DNA of 64,000 nucleotides from Kiritimatiellia bacterium (GTDB lineage: Bacteria > Verrucomicrobiota > Kiritimatiellia > RFP12 > UBA1067): positions 5,790 to 69,789 of the forward strand of contig JAZOQU010000024.1 of NCBI GenBank assembly GCA_045656225.1. The letters are read 5' to 3'. Position 1 is the stretch's first letter, and the number at the start of each line of letters is the position of its first letter. Below, one piece after another: positions 40,568 to 50,443 of this stretch. Below the pieces are notes generated by a model. That model was given only the letters and a program-made list of their open reading frames with translations. It was not told where the DNA came from and made no database searches. The position numbers were made by a program, and so were the translations under genes.

Positions 40568-41818
40568 CTACTCGTACCTTTCGAGCCACTTCGAAAGCCT
40601 GTCGCCGAGGCGCTTCTCGAGCCATGGCGTCACGCGCCAATAGTCGCGAAGATCGAGGTATTCGCTCACGGGACCGCTCTGGCCGGGCTTTACGCCCCAG
40701 ACGCACTTCAAAAGAATGTTGCGCGCCGTCGCTTCGCTCGAAACAAACTCGATCACCTGAGTCCTGAAGCCGAGAATACGCAGAATCTGCGCGCGGAAGG
40801 AATCGGTCAGGATATCGCAAAGCCTCTCGCGCAGAATCGACTGGCGCATAAGACCGGCGAACGCGCCCTTATCGTCGAGCACCTTCTGGAGCTCATGCTG
40901 ACAGCAGGGAGCTGAAAGGATATAACGCGTCTTCCATTCGACGCCTTTCGCGAGCGCCTCGTCGGTCGCCGTATCGCAAGCATGAAGCGAAACGACAAGA
41001 TCAATCTCCGGTCGCTCGGCCGCGCCCGGCGCGAGAACGTCGGCGGGATTGAATTTTTCAAGATCGCTCTCGACAAAAATCACCTTATCGGCGAGATCGA
41101 GACGTTTCGCCATCTCCTTCGCCGCGCTTATAACGTCGTTGCGGCGGTCGACACCGACGATCCTGACATCGCTGAAGCCCAAGACTTCGGTAAGATAAGG
41201 ATAAAGGCTTATTGTCAAATACGCTTTGCCGCAGCCGCAGTCGATTACGGTAAACGTTTTGGCTTTGTCCGCCTCGGTAGCGTCTGAAAGCGTCTCGGCG
41301 ACGACTTTCAAAAACTCGTTGACCTGATCGTATTTGCCGCGCATCGACGCGCGGATATTGCCGGAGCCGTCGCTTAAGCCGATCGTCCTCAAAAGCGAGG
41401 CCGACTCGAAACTCGTAAGCGGTAGCTTCTTGACGCGGTCGTGGGGCTTTACCACGACTTCGCGGTCCATCGCGCCCGAGCGCGAAACGAGAACGCGCCC
41501 CTTTTTCGTGACGCGGACGTGAAGATCGCCTTTCGCAGTCATCATGTGGAGATCTCGAGCGCCGCGCTGGGCGATAATCTCCTCGAGTCCGTCGCGCGCG
41601 TCGTCCGGCTCGAAATTCTTGACGCGGACCTGACCGTCGTCCGTCATTTCGGCCTGAAAAAGTTTTCTGCCGCCGATGACGACGGGGCGCATCGCTATCT
41701 TGAACGCCTTGCCGTTGCGCCTCACCGACTGGACGATTTTCATAAAGCCTTCGCCGAAAACTCCTGTGCGGATTTCTTCCTGAAGGGCTTCTTCCAATTC
41801 AAAGCGTTCCATGGTCAT
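40568..41818 (-). CDS. Class I SAM-dependent methyltransferase with an N-terminal extra domain
   Basis: VIDCGCGKAYLT (motif I) in the C-terminal half. The N-terminal ~170 aa are of unknown type. Confidence 0.7.
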   Translation of the reverse strand: MTMERFELEEALQEEIRTGVFGEGFMKIVQSVRRNGKAFKIAMRPVVIGGRKLFQAEMTDDGQVRVKNFEPDDARDGLEEIIAQRGARDLHMMTAKGDLHVRVTKKGRVLVSRSGAMDREVVVKPHDRVKKLPLTSFESASLLRTIGLSDGSGNIRASMRGKYDQVNEFLKVVAETLSDATEADKAKTFTVIDCGCGKAYLTISLYPYLTEVLGFSDVRIVGVDRRNDVISAAKEMAKRLDLADKVIFVESDLEKFNPADVLAPGAAERPEIDLVVSLHACDTATDEALAKGVEWKTRYILSAPCCQHELQKVLDDKGAFAGLMRQSILRERLCDILTDSFRAQILRILGFRTQVIEFVSSEATARNILLKCVWGVKPGQSGPVSEYLDLRDYWRVTPWLEKRLGDRLSKWLERYE

Positions 41819-41836
41819 ATCCTTGAATCATTGATC

Positions 41837-43180
41837 TCACGAAGACTTTCTCTCGCGGGCCTTGAGGAACATCCTCAATGGAGCCCCCTCGAGACCGAAA
41901 CGCGCGCGGATGTTCTTCTCGAGATAACTTAAATACGCGGGCGTGACGAGCTTCGGATCGTTCACGAAAAGACGTATCGTCTGGGGGTTCGTTGAAACCT
42001 GGAGCGCATAGTAGATTTTAAGGCGCTTGCCCTTCATCATCGGAGAGAGCGTCTTCTTCGTCGCCTTTACGAGCACGTTGTTGAGCATTCCCGTAGGAAT
42101 GCGCTCGCAGGCGGAAGCAGCGGCGCGGTCGATGGCCTCGACGGTGCGGCGGATGTTGTAGCCGGACTTGTTCGAGCAATAGACGACGGGCGCAAAGTTC
42201 AAGAACGGCATCATCGAGCGGAGAGCCTCCGTCGCCTTCGTCTCCGTAATCCCCTGCTCCTGCGCGAGATCCCATTTGTTCATAAGGACGACGCAGCTGC
42301 GGTTGGCGTCGAGGATTTTCCCGGCGATGCGCTTATCCTGCAGCGTCGGACCCATGATCGGATCCATCACGAGAAGTACGACGTCCGCCTCCTCGATCGC
42401 CTGTTCCGAGCGGAAAAGCGAAAAGTTGTCGACCGATGTCTTCGACATCTTGGTATGGGGTTTCATGCCCGCCGTATCGACGAGCATGTAACGCCGCGCC
42501 TCCGGGCCGGAGCCGATGGTGAACGGAACCTCGACTGCGTCGCGCGTCGTACCGGGAATTTCCGATACGATTACGCGCGGCGCTTTTAGAAGACGATTGA
42601 CGTAGGAGCTCTTGCCCGCGTTGGGGCGGCCTACGATGGCGACGCGAAGAGGACGCTTCGCGGCCTCCTCGGCCTCGTCGATCTTAGGAAGTACTTCGAC
42701 GACGCGCTTTAAGAGCGCATCGACGCCGCGGGAATGTTCCGCCGAAACGGGGAAGACCTCAAGGCCGAATCGATCGTACTCGTGGGCGCGCCAATCCTCG
42801 TCGGCGGTATCGCACTTGTTCGCGGCGATCATGCAGGGAACGCCCGACTCTCTCACGCGCTTGATGACCTCGGCGTCAAGAGGCGTAATGCCCTCCCGTG
42901 CATCGACGACAATAATGCATACCGCCGAGTCTTCGACGGCGAGCGCCGCCTGGGAACGCGTCTCCTCGTCGAGGGGATCGCGCGTAACGCGCTTGTCGAA
43001 CGCGATTCCGCCCGTATCTACGAGCATGACGCGGCGGTTCAAAATATCGACTTCACGGGTAACGCGGTCGCGCGTAACGCCGGGCTGATCGAAAACGATG
43101 GCGACGCGCTTTTTCGCGATGCGGTTGAAAAGCGCGCTCTTTCCCGTATTGGGACGGCCTACTAAACTTACTACATTCAT
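41837..43180 (-). CDS. der: Ribosome biogenesis GTPase Der (EngA)
   Basis: Tandem G domains (GRPNTGKSALFNRI and GRPNAGKSSYVNRL) plus a KH-like C-terminus. ATGA overlap with eda. Confidence 0.95.
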   Translation of the reverse strand: MNVVSLVGRPNTGKSALFNRIAKKRVAIVFDQPGVTRDRVTREVDILNRRVMLVDTGGIAFDKRVTRDPLDEETRSQAALAVEDSAVCIIVVDAREGITPLDAEVIKRVRESGVPCMIAANKCDTADEDWRAHEYDRFGLEVFPVSAEHSRGVDALLKRVVEVLPKIDEAEEAAKRPLRVAIVGRPNAGKSSYVNRLLKAPRVIVSEIPGTTRDAVEVPFTIGSGPEARRYMLVDTAGMKPHTKMSKTSVDNFSLFRSEQAIEEADVVLLVMDPIMGPTLQDKRIAGKILDANRSCVVLMNKWDLAQEQGITETKATEALRSMMPFLNFAPVVYCSNKSGYNIRRTVEAIDRAAASACERIPTGMLNNVLVKATKKTLSPMMKGKRLKIYYALQVSTNPQTIRLFVNDPKLVTPAYLSYLEKNIRARFGLEGAPLRMFLKARERKSS

Positions 43181-43815
43181 AACTTCTCCTGAATCAGCGC
43201 AGCCGCCTCAGACGCGAGCGACTCTATCTTAGCCCAGTCCCCGGCCTCGACCGCTGCCTTGGGCGCGATCCACGTTCCGCCGCAGCAGATGATTTCGGGA
43301 ACGGCGAGATAATCGGCCACGTTCGAAAGATTGACGCCGCCGGTAGGCATAAACTTTACGCCCGTAAAGCGAAACGCGCCCAAAAGATCCTTTATGTACT
43401 TTACGCCGCCAGCCGATTCGGCTGGAAAAAACTTTACCATCTTGCAACCGAGTGAAAGCGCCTGGCTCAACTCGCTCGCGGTCGCGACACCGGGACAGAA
43501 CGGCATACCGATTTCTTTTGCGGCATTTACGATCAGAGGATCGAACCCGGGCGCAACGCAGGCTTCGGCGCCAGCCTCGCGGGCGGAATTAAGCTGATCG
43601 ATCGTAAGAACCGTGCCGGCTATGAGAGTGGCGCCCTCAACCTCGGCCTTAATCTTTTTAATCGCATCCGCGGCGCAATCGGTGCGGAAAGTGACCTCAA
43701 GAACTGGGAGTCCGCCCTTGACCAGCGCACGCGCCAAGCCGACTGCCTTCGAAATGTCTTCAATCACGATGACGGGGATGATCCCCGCCGAACCGAGAGT
43801 TTTAATCATATCCAT
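43177..43815 (-). CDS. eda: KDPG / 4-hydroxy-2-oxoglutarate aldolase
   Basis: 212 aa with ..VLEVTFRT.. and ..MVKFFPAESAGG.. Eda-family motifs. AGGAGGTG SD upstream. Confidence 0.9.
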   Translation of the reverse strand: MDMIKTLGSAGIIPVIVIEDISKAVGLARALVKGGLPVLEVTFRTDCAADAIKKIKAEVEGATLIAGTVLTIDQLNSAREAGAEACVAPGFDPLIVNAAKEIGMPFCPGVATASELSQALSLGCKMVKFFPAESAGGVKYIKDLLGAFRFTGVKFMPTGGVNLSNVADYLAVPEIICCGGTWIAPKAAVEAGDWAKIESLASEAAALIQEKL

Positions 43816-43839
43816 TTCAACACCTCCTGTTTTTACAAA

Positions 43840-44700
43840 TCAGTCTCGACCGATATCGCTCTCTCCGCCCCTGCCGCCGTACGGAGGAGGAGACGCCTTT
43901 GCCCTGTAATCATCGAATCCCCACGCCGATTCCATACGCGCCATGAGATATTCGCGGTAACCTTCCTTCCAGATCATCCATGCGATGAGAATGGTAACGA
44001 AACCCCAGTTCTGAAGACTCAAAACCCGCCAAACACCCGTCAATCCAAGAACAACGGCAAAACCGCGCCCGACGATCATGGCGTAATACGTAGCTTTAAC
44101 CCGTCCGGTAAAGGGCGTAAGAGCGCTTCGGAAAATACGGCCTCCGTCCATCGGAAAGCCCGGCAGAAGATTGAAGATGCCGAGCATCATATTCATGATT
44201 GAAAAATAAAACAGCGTACTTACTAAAACCATATCATCTGGCGAAACCGTCAAGGCCCCTCCAAAATTCACACTTACCCTAAAAGAACTTAGAGCATCAC
44301 TGACAATATAGCCGAACGCATCAAAAAAATTACCTTCTACCGCCACTAAGGAAATACCCAAGGCTCCTATGGAAGCTAAAATAAAACTGACGCCAGGCCC
44401 CGCAAAAGCCGTTAAAAACTCCTGCCACGCCTTTCGGGGCAATGCGACGAGAGAGGCGCAGCCGCCTAAAAGCGAAAGCGTTATATCGCGCGTCGGATAC
44501 CCGAACGCCCGTGCCGTCAGAGCATGGCCTAACTCATGAGCGGCTATCGAAAAGAGAAGCATCGCCGCGCATACAATACCTTCATGAAGCCCCCCTCCGC
44601 TGAAAACAAAAAAGAGAAGGAGGAATATGAGCGAAAAATCGAGATAAAGCGGTATCCCGAACAATTCACACAATCTGTATCTTAATTTAAAATTCATCAT
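43840..44700 (-). CDS. Site-2 protease family (M50) membrane metalloprotease
   Basis: HELGHAL zinc motif in a TM helix. 286 aa, polytopic. Confidence 0.85.
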   Translation of the reverse strand: MMNFKLRYRLCELFGIPLYLDFSLIFLLLFFVFSGGGLHEGIVCAAMLLFSIAAHELGHALTARAFGYPTRDITLSLLGGCASLVALPRKAWQEFLTAFAGPGVSFILASIGALGISLVAVEGNFFDAFGYIVSDALSSFRVSVNFGGALTVSPDDMVLVSTLFYFSIMNMMLGIFNLLPGFPMDGGRIFRSALTPFTGRVKATYYAMIVGRGFAVVLGLTGVWRVLSLQNWGFVTILIAWMIWKEGYREYLMARMESAWGFDDYRAKASPPPYGGRGGESDIGRD

Positions 44701-44706
44701 TACATT

Positions 44707-44715
44707 ATTATACCA
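44707..44715 (-). promoter_or_regulatory. Extended -10 box TGGTATAAT for the M50 protease gene (leaderless)
   Basis: The plus strand reads attatacca. The hexamer ends at 44707, so predicted +1 = 44700, the A of the ATG. Confidence 0.5.
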
Positions 44716-44795
44716 TTTTTATGTAAAAGCGTGGAGCCGAGCCCCGATTGAATTTACGGGAAATCTGATTGCAGCAAAGGAGCATTCCCCCGTCT

Positions 44796-45395
44796 TCAGG
44801 CGCGGAGAATGCCGAGTTCGTATGCGCGGCCTACTGCGGACGTGGCGTTGGGGCATCCTAATTTGTTCATGATGCCTTTAAGATGCGTTTTTACAGACTC
44901 CGATCCTATACCCAACAACGATGCGATCCGGTCTCGCTGATGACCTTGCGAAACAAGACGTAAAACATCCATCTCCCGAACCGTCAGCAACGACGGAGCC
45001 GACTGGAAAAGCTCGGATGCGAACGACTCTTCGCCGGAAGCGACTGATTTTATTACGGATGACAGTCTATCTTGATCGACATCCTTTGGCAGATACCCTT
45101 TCGCGCCGTCAGCTTTCGCCCGGGACTCCTCTTCTTTGAGCGGCATCCCGGCAAGGAACACGACTTTGATGTCGGGGACGAGTTTTTTAAGATGCTCAAG
45201 CATTGTAAACCCGTCCATCTTAGGCATTCTGATATCGCTCAGCACGACATCCGCCTTGGCACGGGGGATTACGTCAAGAGCGTCTTCACCGTTAGATACA
45301 AGTGCGACGACGTTAAACGACCCTTCGCTCGCGAGCATCGCTTCAAGGCCCTCTCGGACCATGGGATGATCGTCAACTATAGCGACGTTCAGCAT
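44796..45395 (-). CDS. NarL/FixJ-family response regulator (REC + LuxR HTH)
   Basis: ..VAIVDDHPMV.., ..VVLSDIRMPKMDG.. and a C-terminal ..LTVREMDVLRLVSQGHQRDRIASLLGIGSESVKTHLKGIMNKL... The ATG is 1 nt after the upstream pseudopilin stop. Confidence 0.9.
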   Translation of the reverse strand: MLNVAIVDDHPMVREGLEAMLASEGSFNVVALVSNGEDALDVIPRAKADVVLSDIRMPKMDGFTMLEHLKKLVPDIKVVFLAGMPLKEEESRAKADGAKGYLPKDVDQDRLSSVIKSVASGEESFASELFQSAPSLLTVREMDVLRLVSQGHQRDRIASLLGIGSESVKTHLKGIMNKLGCPNATSAVGRAYELGILRA

Positions 45396-45396
45396 C

Positions 45397-46305
45397 TCAC
45401 TCCGTCAAATTGCGTACTGAACCGTTGCGAATCTCATAATCCTTACCGGTGCAGAGAAGTTTCGTCAATTCCTCGAGATCCTTTTCGGACATTCCGTTGC
45501 GGGGATATTTGATCGCTTCCACATGACAGTCGGCAAATACAACATGAGCGACAACATCATTGCCGACTTTGTGGTTGAAACCGATTATTTCGGCGCCGTC
45601 GTTTTCATGATACTGCAAAGTGCAGTCGTTCTCAAACCCTGCCGATTCGGAAAAATCCGGCTTTACGTCGATAAAATCCTCCCACTGCAATTCTGCGAAG
45701 AGCAACGTGGAATGCGCATAGACGCTGCTGGCTTTTTTACCGGGATAATAATCTCTGTAAAGGGATTTGGATCCCTCGGATGTATCATATCCGAAATAGC
45801 CGTTCATGACATAGCTCCAGACAGGACGCCTGTTGGCGGGCATCTTTTTCAGATGCATCGGACACAGGTAAGTTTCGTGGTTTCGCACAAATTTATACAC
45901 GGCGCCGTTCGTGATGCAATATTCACGCACCTCGGGATCCTGCTCGTAAGCCGACGTGAACCATCCGGCGCTTGAAGCGTGGGATGTTGGCCTGGAGCGA
46001 TACTTGCCATCGGAATTCCAGCTTACCCATCCCGGAATTTCGTCATAAACCTTATTGCTGCCGCCGCCTCTCTGAAGCGCAATCGACATTGTTTCGCACG
46101 AACCGGCCAACGGAAAGTAAACGTCGTCTCCGATTTCAACGCTCGCGGAAACAACCGCCGTAGCGAGGTTTTTAAGATTGGTTTTGCATTTTGCCGCTTG
46201 AGCGGAATCGGTATTTCCGCCGATATAAAAAACCAAAGTCGCCATCAACAAACCGAGGATTCCGACAACCACGAGAATCTCAATCAACGTAAAGGCTTTT
46301 TTCAT
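45397..46305 (-). CDS. Class-III-leader (prepilin-type) protein, DUF1559/H-X9-DG-like, 302 aa
   Basis: MKKAFTLIEILVVVGILGLLMA.. leader and C-terminal ..VVFADCHVEAI.. motif. Confidence 0.75.
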   Translation of the reverse strand: MKKAFTLIEILVVVGILGLLMATLVFYIGGNTDSAQAAKCKTNLKNLATAVVSASVEIGDDVYFPLAGSCETMSIALQRGGGSNKVYDEIPGWVSWNSDGKYRSRPTSHASSAGWFTSAYEQDPEVREYCITNGAVYKFVRNHETYLCPMHLKKMPANRRPVWSYVMNGYFGYDTSEGSKSLYRDYYPGKKASSVYAHSTLLFAELQWEDFIDVKPDFSESAGFENDCTLQYHENDGAEIIGFNHKVGNDVVAHVVFADCHVEAIKYPRNGMSEKDLEELTKLLCTGKDYEIRNGSVRNLTE

Positions 46306-46341
46306 ATCACTCCTTTTATGTAGAAATAGTCGTTAAATGTT

Positions 46342-49300
46342 TCAATCAAACTGTCTGTAGAAAAGAACGCGTGTTTTATGAGGCGTATTGTTGTTCTTGG
46401 TCCTGGTGGGATCACGCCAGACGAGAGCCATCGCCCTTCCGCCGAGCTGGGGCGGAGTATGCCCCGCCGCTCCGCTGCCCATCATCATCGGCTCGGCGCG
46501 GACAAACACGAGGAAAAGCTGCTGCTTGACGGCAAAGCACTCCTTCCAGAAACCGTAAAGATACTTTTTGTCGGCGTCCCAGAGTTTCAGGTCAGAATTC
46601 AAGTCAAAGCCGCAAAGCCGAGTTCCCTTATCGCTGCCATTATCGCGCCACCCCATGTTCTCGCGCCAGACTTCCTCCCAGCTCTTGTTTGAGCCGTTCC
46701 TTCTCACTTCGTCCATAAACCTGCCGGCAATCTGATTTAGAACATTCCATTCTATTTTAGCGGTCTCCGAATACGCGTTGAAAGCATATTTCTTATTGAA
46801 ATCATCCATGTTCATCGAACTGAAATCAACGCCTGAATCCGTTACATTCGTCGAGGTGCATCTCCAGTCAAGCGGCGTATTGGCAAAAACAGACATCATG
46901 ACATTCGTTGAATCGGAATACGGATTCACTTTAAACCCTGTACCTTCGTTCACGAACGGCAGTTTAGAGAACGCCTCCCAATCTCGTTCAAACGGATCGT
47001 AGGTTCTCCATGCGATTTCATTATTTCTCGTTTCTTCAAACGTATTGGCGATATTTACATATTTAGACTGGGTTGAAGAATCTATCTTCATATTTGTCGG
47101 CTTACTGCTGCCTTCTCTTTTAAGCGTGTTAAAACGCGGCAGAAACGCGAATTCATAAACGCTTTGCAGGTATCCGGCATCGCTCGTCGCCATAAAGATG
47201 TCTTTGTCGCGATCTCCTTCTCCCGTCTTATTGTTAGCAAGCCATGTCTGCTCATCCAACGCTCCACCGGTAAAAGCGAACCACTCTTCAGGCGCGTGAT
47301 TGTGACGGGGATCCGCCACTATCGCGGCGCTCGGCTCAAGCTTGAAATCAAGCTCGGCATTGTTGGACGCCATCTCTTCGATCCTATCAAGAGAGAAATT
47401 AAAATTAACGCCGGTATTAAATCTGAGAACGGGAAACGGCTGATCGCCAAAGAGGGTGCGCCAGCGTTTCGCCTGAGCGATTTTAGAATTATTCTGAATC
47501 TCGTCATCTTCCAGGCAAGCGGGAACCATATCGACGATATTCTCATCCTTATCCTTAATACGGAGCCAGAACGCACAGTTCAAGTTTATGTTCACACCGC
47601 TCTGGATAATGTTTTTTAGCGCCTCGCTATTCTCAAAACGGTCATCCTTCTGACCGTTGGATTTAAACGGCTTGAAGGCAGTATGCGCTGAATGTATATA
47701 TGTGATGTTTTTATCCTTCTCAACCTTCTCGAAAGACGGAGACCAGACGGTTATTCCGTTTTGATCTTCTCTGTGCTGAGTCCAGCGGTATACGACTTTC
47801 AATAAAGCATTGTCGTCAAGCGCCAATGCCGTAGCTATCCGCTGGGCCTCTGTGCCTATTCTGGAATCAAACTTCTTTACCGCATCTGCTTCCTGCTTGA
47901 TTTCCCCGTATGTAACCTGACCGGGGAATGACAGCTTGAAGTTGATCATACCGTTATCGGAATCAATCGCAGTAGTTTCAATTTCTTTCTTCCCGAGACG
48001 AAGTTCGCCTTGCGCTGATCCCGTTCTGAGCGCCATCTGTTCAGAAGCGAAAAAGAAACTCATCCTGCCGTCAATCTGATAACTGCCGTCGTTCTCATCC
48101 TTGCGGGAAAACGGGAAAACCGTCAAAGCCCTCAATGTCGCGCTCTGAAAGCCCTGCGCAAATTTTGCGGCGTCTATCTTGTACAAAACGGTCTTTTCGA
48201 CTTCACGGGTATTTTCCGATTCAGTAATGACCTTCTCGCCGTTTTCGGGATCGAATTTTTTAGTAACGGCGAATTTCAGATCGCTGATCATCGGATGAAT
48301 ACCGCACACCATAGGAACTCGCTCTAACGTAGGCGTAGCCAACGACAGCGGAACGCGGTTTGCGTCAAGATAATCGTAAAGCGATACGCATCCCAATGTG
48401 CTGAGCACATAGGGCCATTCATTTTTAGCTTTGCCCTGAAGGTTGTTCGCCTCGATTGTCAACGCAAAAGCGTTCGGATTGACATCCTTGGCCGACAATT
48501 CCTTGACATCGAAAGGTTGACTGTCGGCATCCGCCAGATCATACGTTTCTTCAGAAGCGTTTTGGTTGCCGGATGAACCGGAAGCGGCGGCAGAGGACGT
48601 TTTCGTTCTCGTCTTAGGGAAAAGGCCGTCCGTCACGAACGTCATGCGAGAGACCATGTCGTCCGCCGCCTCGTTGCCGTTTTTCCCGAGATCATAAAAA
48701 CCGTCCCTGGACCCCGTCGATTTGATATATTCGACAAACGGACTTTTCATCTTGCCTATGGATCCTTTTTGACCCAAGGCGAGATTGAAATCGGCCACCG
48801 AAATCAGAGGATACTTGGATTGAAAGGATATCTCTTTAGTCTTCGAATCGACATCCCTGAACTGCTCCATGAACGTATCCCACTGACTCGCGCCGGAACC
48901 GCTTCCGGTATGCTTCGCGCCGTCTTCAAAAATATACGAGAGCGAAACTCTCTGATTGGATGCCGATGTCCGGCGCTGATTGGCGAACATTCTGTTTACA
49001 TCAAAATAATCTGATACGTCAAGCACGCAGAAAGCATAACGCCCGACGTCAAAGTCAAAGGCCTTCCACTCGGCAGTCGGAGATAACCTGGAATAATACC
49101 GTGCCTCGTTCACAAGCGTCGGCGGAATGTACGCAAGGGCCTCGAGACAGAGGGGTGAAACCGTTTTATCCCACCTTACGCTGGGTTCACCCGGCTCCTG
49201 CCAGTTGTTTACGCCCACAAGAACACGGTTTCGCCATTCGTTATGCAGCTTACCGTCAGTCGACAAGTTCCCCACGCCCGGATGAGGGTTGTTGTTTACG

Positions 49301-49500
49301 GCACGATCAAGCGAATCTATCGCCTCGGCCATTGCCGCTTTGACAAGCTGACGGCTGGAGGCGCTGCGCCTTAAATAACTCGACGGAAGTCTCGAATAAC
49401 GCATGTACGCCGAAAACGCAACGGCGGAAATGATGAGAAACCCCAGCATTCCTATGACGATAAGAAGCGCACTGCCCTTTTTGGTTTTAAACTGTCTCAT
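46342..49500 (-). CDS. Giant GspK-like minor pseudopilin, 1052 aa
   Basis: N-terminus MRQFKTKKGSALLIVIGMLGFLIISAVAFSAY (GspK-type, no FTLxE) and a GspK-like ..GRYAFCVLDVSDYFDVNRMF.. segment. ATGA overlap with the upstream gene. It occupies the K position in F-G-H-I-J-K order. Confidence 0.65.
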   Translation of the reverse strand: MRQFKTKKGSALLIVIGMLGFLIISAVAFSAYMRYSRLPSSYLRRSASSRQLVKAAMAEAIDSLDRAVNNNPHPGVGNLSTDGKLHNEWRNRVLVGVNNWQEPGEPSVRWDKTVSPLCLEALAYIPPTLVNEARYYSRLSPTAEWKAFDFDVGRYAFCVLDVSDYFDVNRMFANQRRTSASNQRVSLSYIFEDGAKHTGSGSGASQWDTFMEQFRDVDSKTKEISFQSKYPLISVADFNLALGQKGSIGKMKSPFVEYIKSTGSRDGFYDLGKNGNEAADDMVSRMTFVTDGLFPKTRTKTSSAAASGSSGNQNASEETYDLADADSQPFDVKELSAKDVNPNAFALTIEANNLQGKAKNEWPYVLSTLGCVSLYDYLDANRVPLSLATPTLERVPMVCGIHPMISDLKFAVTKKFDPENGEKVITESENTREVEKTVLYKIDAAKFAQGFQSATLRALTVFPFSRKDENDGSYQIDGRMSFFFASEQMALRTGSAQGELRLGKKEIETTAIDSDNGMINFKLSFPGQVTYGEIKQEADAVKKFDSRIGTEAQRIATALALDDNALLKVVYRWTQHREDQNGITVWSPSFEKVEKDKNITYIHSAHTAFKPFKSNGQKDDRFENSEALKNIIQSGVNINLNCAFWLRIKDKDENIVDMVPACLEDDEIQNNSKIAQAKRWRTLFGDQPFPVLRFNTGVNFNFSLDRIEEMASNNAELDFKLEPSAAIVADPRHNHAPEEWFAFTGGALDEQTWLANNKTGEGDRDKDIFMATSDAGYLQSVYEFAFLPRFNTLKREGSSKPTNMKIDSSTQSKYVNIANTFEETRNNEIAWRTYDPFERDWEAFSKLPFVNEGTGFKVNPYSDSTNVMMSVFANTPLDWRCTSTNVTDSGVDFSSMNMDDFNKKYAFNAYSETAKIEWNVLNQIAGRFMDEVRRNGSNKSWEEVWRENMGWRDNGSDKGTRLCGFDLNSDLKLWDADKKYLYGFWKECFAVKQQLFLVFVRAEPMMMGSGAAGHTPPQLGGRAMALVWRDPTRTKNNNTPHKTRVLFYRQFD

Positions 49501-49961
49501 TTTCGCTCCTCCGGCGAAAGTCTGTAGAAGTTGGGAAGATGAAAACCCGTCTGCATGGAACTGGCCGAGGTTTCGAGGCGAATGTTGGCGCCGCCCTCGC
49601 GAATTGAAATCTTGTACGGCGTATTCCAGGGATCCATCATCTTTCCGCCGCTTGAAAGCTGCGCCATTAAAAGCGCAGGTATTTTACCGGACTCGCCCGA
49701 GCCGCCCGTTCCGAGCAGAAACCCTACCGTGCCCTTATCGGCATCCTGATCTCTCATAGTAGGCAACTCATGGCTCTGATCGTAGTTCTCGTATGCCAGA
49801 ATAGCCTGAGAGATCGACTTTACCTCGGCATTGGCGCGCGCAACCTTCGCTCGCTGCTGGGCTGATGCCACAGATGTCGTCAATGCCGCCATAATCATGC
49901 CGAGAACGCACAGCACGACCAGCATCTCCATCAGTGTAAAACCGCGTTTAATTGATTTCAT
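49497..49961 (-). CDS. GspG-like pseudopilin, ~154 aa
   Basis: The start is taken at ATG 49961 (MKSIKRGFTLMEMLVVLCVLGMIMAAL). Contains ..AKVARANAEVKSISQAILAYE.. and ..DPWNTPYKISI... The track start at 50024 adds a non-leader extension. Confidence 0.7.
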   Translation of the reverse strand: MKSIKRGFTLMEMLVVLCVLGMIMAALTTSVASAQQRAKVARANAEVKSISQAILAYENYDQSHELPTMRDQDADKGTVGFLLGTGGSGESGKIPALLMAQLSSGGKMMDPWNTPYKISIREGGANIRLETSASSMQTGFHLPNFYRLSPEERK

Positions 49962-50436
49962 CGGGATAACTCCAGATATCGTCATAATCATTGAAGCGCT
50001 TGTTGGGTCCGGCGCTCTTGACATTGATCGTGTAGGTCTTGAACGAGCGTCCGGAAGAACCGGATCCGACAGATATAACCTTAAAATCGCTCAACTTGGC
50101 GTCATCGCGCAATCCGCCGCCCTTCGCCGTCAGAAAATCAGCATTGGGGCCGACGCTTTCTTCGGTTGAGACATCCCAGGCGCGAGTTCTGATGTTGCCC
50201 TCGTCGTCCCAGATTCCGACAATGCGCTGCACCTTGTCGTTCCAGATATAAGCGTTGTCGGATTCGTCTCTTACGGCCGCAATGTTGTTGCGGACCTGAT
50301 CAAGGTCGGCAACGCCCGCGACTCCCGTTCTCCATGAGATTGAAGACTGGTTGAAAAGCATTGTAAGCACAGTGACAAGCATCCCTAAAAGAAGAGAGGC
50401 CACCAATAGTTCAAGTATGGTAAAACCGCGTCTCAT
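49948..50436 (-). CDS. Minor pseudopilin (GspJ-like by position), 162 aa
   Basis: MRRGFTILELLVASLLLGMLVTVL leader. Confidence 0.65.
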   Translation of the reverse strand: MRRGFTILELLVASLLLGMLVTVLTMLFNQSSISWRTGVAGVADLDQVRNNIAAVRDESDNAYIWNDKVQRIVGIWDDEGNIRTRAWDVSTEESVGPNADFLTAKGGGLRDDAKLSDFKVISVGSGSSGRSFKTYTINVKSAGPNKRFNDYDDIWSYPDEIN

Positions 50437-50443
50437 AAATGCG

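Noticed and set aside
40565-40570. The methyltransferase and epmA are in the same reading frame, separated only by TAG-TCT before the GTG start. Considered as stop-codon read-through or a split fusion gene
   Set aside because: The EpmA-like sequence begins right at the GTG with a normal (short) N-terminus. 1-20-nt spacers are the rule in this block, and I know of no precedent for such a fusion.
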